DNA from: Flavobacteriaceae bacterium
Lineage (GTDB): Bacteria > Bacteroidota > Bacteroidia > Flavobacteriales > Flavobacteriaceae
DNA length: 64,000 nt
Direction of reading: 5' to 3'
Assembly: GCA_016744415.1 (NCBI GenBank)
Contig: JADGEL010000001.1
Span: forward strand, 963,855 to 1,027,854
How positions within the stretch are numbered: position 1 is the first letter of the stretch; each line of letters begins with the position of its first letter. Below, in pieces: positions 62,491-64,000 of the stretch. Under the pieces are notes generated by a model. That model was given only the letters and a program-made list of their open reading frames with translations. It was not told the DNA's origin and did no database searches. The position numbers were made by a program, and so were the translations under genes.

Positions 62491-63576
62491 ATGAAAAAAC
62501 AATTACTAACAATTTTAACAATCACTGTAATGGCATTTACTGCAAATGCGCAAACAGTTACTTATTTAAACTTTGACGGAGCCTCTACGAGTAATGACAG
62601 GTTTTATGCATTTAATGGAGCTAGTGCTACAGATATGAGCGACATGTCTGGAACAGACTATACTTTTGAAGTATGGATTAAAGTAGATGCAACTGCATTG
62701 ATTGGAGATAGAACTGAAGCAACAGGATTTACTGCTAATGGTGCATCTCTAATGAATAGAAGAAAAGACTTCGAATTGTATATTATTGACGATGCAGATG
62801 CAGATTATGCTATTAAATACAATAGACTAGATGCAACAGATGATACAGTTGCTACAGGTACTATGCAGTCTGATGCAGCAGTTGAAAACTTATCATTTGG
62901 TGATTGGGTACATGTTGCTATTTCACGTTCTTCAGGTGATGGAATTGCAAAATTTTATATTAACGGGGTTTTGATTGATTCAAGTTCAGATGCTCTTTGG
63001 GCTCAGGTTGCTAATAGTAATGAATGGATGGGTTTTAATTATATGTGGAGAGGATCTAATATGAACTTTTATAAAGGAGCGTTTGATAATGTTAGAGTAT
63101 CAACAGTTGATAGATATCCAACTGCTTTTACTCCGGATCAGGGAGCAGTATTTACTGTAGATGCTGATACAAAAATTCAATTAGATTTAGATCATAATAT
63201 AATTGAGTTTGACCCTGTAGATAATTTTGCAAAGGTTGAAGTTAAATCGGGTAGCGGTTACGGTTATTTTATTAAATATCACAAGTTAAATACAACTTGG
63301 ACAGATAGTGAAGTTTTGTCTGTAGATAGAAACAACCTTATCGATTTTAGTGTTTATCCAAATCCAGTGACTGAAAAAACATTTGTAATCAATGCAAATG
63401 AAGGTATTAAAAACGTACAGATATTTGATGTTTTAGGAAAATCAGTAAAAGTGGTTGAGGTATCAGAAAGAGCTACTCAATTAAATGTTGATGTAAATAA
63501 TTTGAGCAAAGGAATTTACTTTGTTAAAACAGTAACAGATGCAGGAATAGGAACTCAAAAAATTATTATTCAATAA
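62491..63576 (+). CDS. T9SS-secreted LamG-domain protein (paralog of 56620..57516)
   Basis: Signal peptide ending ANAQ. The LamG pattern is YTFEVWIKVDA...FGDWVHVAISRSS...AKFYINGVLI...FDNVRVS. The C-terminus is VYPNPVTEK...GIYFVKT...QKIIIQ. Confidence 0.75.
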   Translation: MKKQLLTILTITVMAFTANAQTVTYLNFDGASTSNDRFYAFNGASATDMSDMSGTDYTFEVWIKVDATALIGDRTEATGFTANGASLMNRRKDFELYIIDDADADYAIKYNRLDATDDTVATGTMQSDAAVENLSFGDWVHVAISRSSGDGIAKFYINGVLIDSSSDALWAQVANSNEWMGFNYMWRGSNMNFYKGAFDNVRVSTVDRYPTAFTPDQGAVFTVDADTKIQLDLDHNIIEFDPVDNFAKVEVKSGSGYGYFIKYHKLNTTWTDSEVLSVDRNNLIDFSVYPNPVTEKTFVINANEGIKNVQIFDVLGKSVKVVEVSERATQLNVDVNNLSKGIYFVKTVTDAGIGTQKIIIQ

Positions 63577-63591
63577 TTATTTTCTAAGCCT

Positions 63592-63640
63592 AAGAAAGTC
63601 CCATTTTGTTTGTTTTTATGGGACTTTCTTATTTTTTTTA
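63592..63640 (+). terminator. Rho-independent terminator closing the SusC/D-peptidase locus
   Basis: AAGAAAGTCCCA(63592-63603)/TGGGACTTTCTT(63619-63630) followed by a T8 run. Confidence 0.8.
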
Positions 63641-63697
63641 AAGAGAAGACTAGTAAGTTCTTTTTATTTTTCAATTATAATTTGATATTCCTAAGCT

Positions 63698-64000
63698 TTA
63701 ATTCTCTAATTTTAAAATCAAAGATTCTAATGGTTTTAATTTCATTTGGATAATTCCGATATTGTTTTTAACGGTTAATTCAGAAGATATTTTGCCATAA
63801 ATTTGATCTGTAACTTTATAAATTCCATTTTCCAAACTCCAAGATTCTATTACAGATGTTGGCAATTTTAAATCAAATTCATAGCTGTCAGCATTATCAA
63901 AATTTGAAATAATAATAAGCTTTTCATCATCAGACCAACGGGTAAATGAAAATACTCTGTGATTGTAATTTTTGGTGTGTTCTCTATTATATGTATGAAT
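63698..64000 (-). CDS. C-terminal fragment of a protein resembling GH13 alpha-amylase-family enzymes (5' part outside the window)
   Basis: My own translation of the - strand gives IHTYNREHTKNYNHRVFSFTRWSDDEKLIIISNFDNADSYEFDLKLPTSVIESWSLENGIYKVTDQIYGKISSELTVKNNIGIIQMKLKPLESLILKLEN*. The stop is at the complement of 63698-63700. The pattern FTRW...KLIIISNFD...L.P.ES.ILKL is what I recall from amylase-family C-terminal beta-sandwich domains. This was not searched. Confidence 0.45.
   Translation of the reverse strand: MHTYNREHTKNYNHRVFSFTRWSDDEKLIIISNFDNADSYEFDLKLPTSVIESWSLENGIYKVTDQIYGKISSELTVKNNIGIIQMKLKPLESLILKLEN

Noticed and set aside
63592-63630. GAAAGTCCC, reminiscent of the conserved RNase P RNA P4 sequence
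   Set aside because: It is one arm of a simple 12-bp terminator hairpin followed by a T-run. None of the rest of the RNase P architecture is present.

Overview
AT-rich (roughly 30-33% GC by eye) chromosomal segment from a Bacteroidota genome, most likely a member of the Flavobacteriia. Supporting signs are Por_Secre_tail-type T9SS C-termini, a SusC/SusD pair, LytTR and TPR-kinase two-component systems, many lipobox lipoproteins and a TAnnTTTG-type -7 box. I support about 55 protein genes, one initiator-like tRNA-Met, about a dozen hairpin terminators and a few repeat or operator-like elements. I saw no rRNA, CRISPR array, transposase, integrase or recognisable defence or toxin-antitoxin genes. 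Housekeeping genes (apbE, map, gpmI, alaS, der, era, glsA and a complete Na+-translocating methylmalonyl-CoA decarboxylase operon) are interspersed with accessory blocks. The most interesting block is 46997-63576. It is a SusC/SusD locus under ECF sigma/anti-sigma (STN) control that contains no carbohydrate-active enzyme. Instead it carries an M14 carboxypeptidase, two streptopain-family (C10) cysteine peptidases fused to Fn3, LamG and T9SS sorting domains, and two further LamG proteins (one lipoprotein, one T9SS cargo). I read it as a protein or glycoprotein capture-and-import system built on the PUL blueprint. Other points worth a second look are listed below.
- A tandem pair of secreted ankyrin-repeat genes has a 62-nt leader that is 61/62 identical, preceded by GTTAAAC heptamers phased at exactly 10 bp.
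- A five-gene cluster of secreted proteins of unknown function is headed by a MORN-repeat protein.
- A small island next to der encodes a Cys-rich lipoprotein and a WCGPC thioredoxin-fold protein, preceded by a structured 470-bp non-coding region.
- A decayed biotin-carrier gene fragment lies beside the decarboxylase operon.
- A 13-bp inverted repeat sits in the alaS leader.
All functional calls come from motif recognition by eye, and no database search was run.
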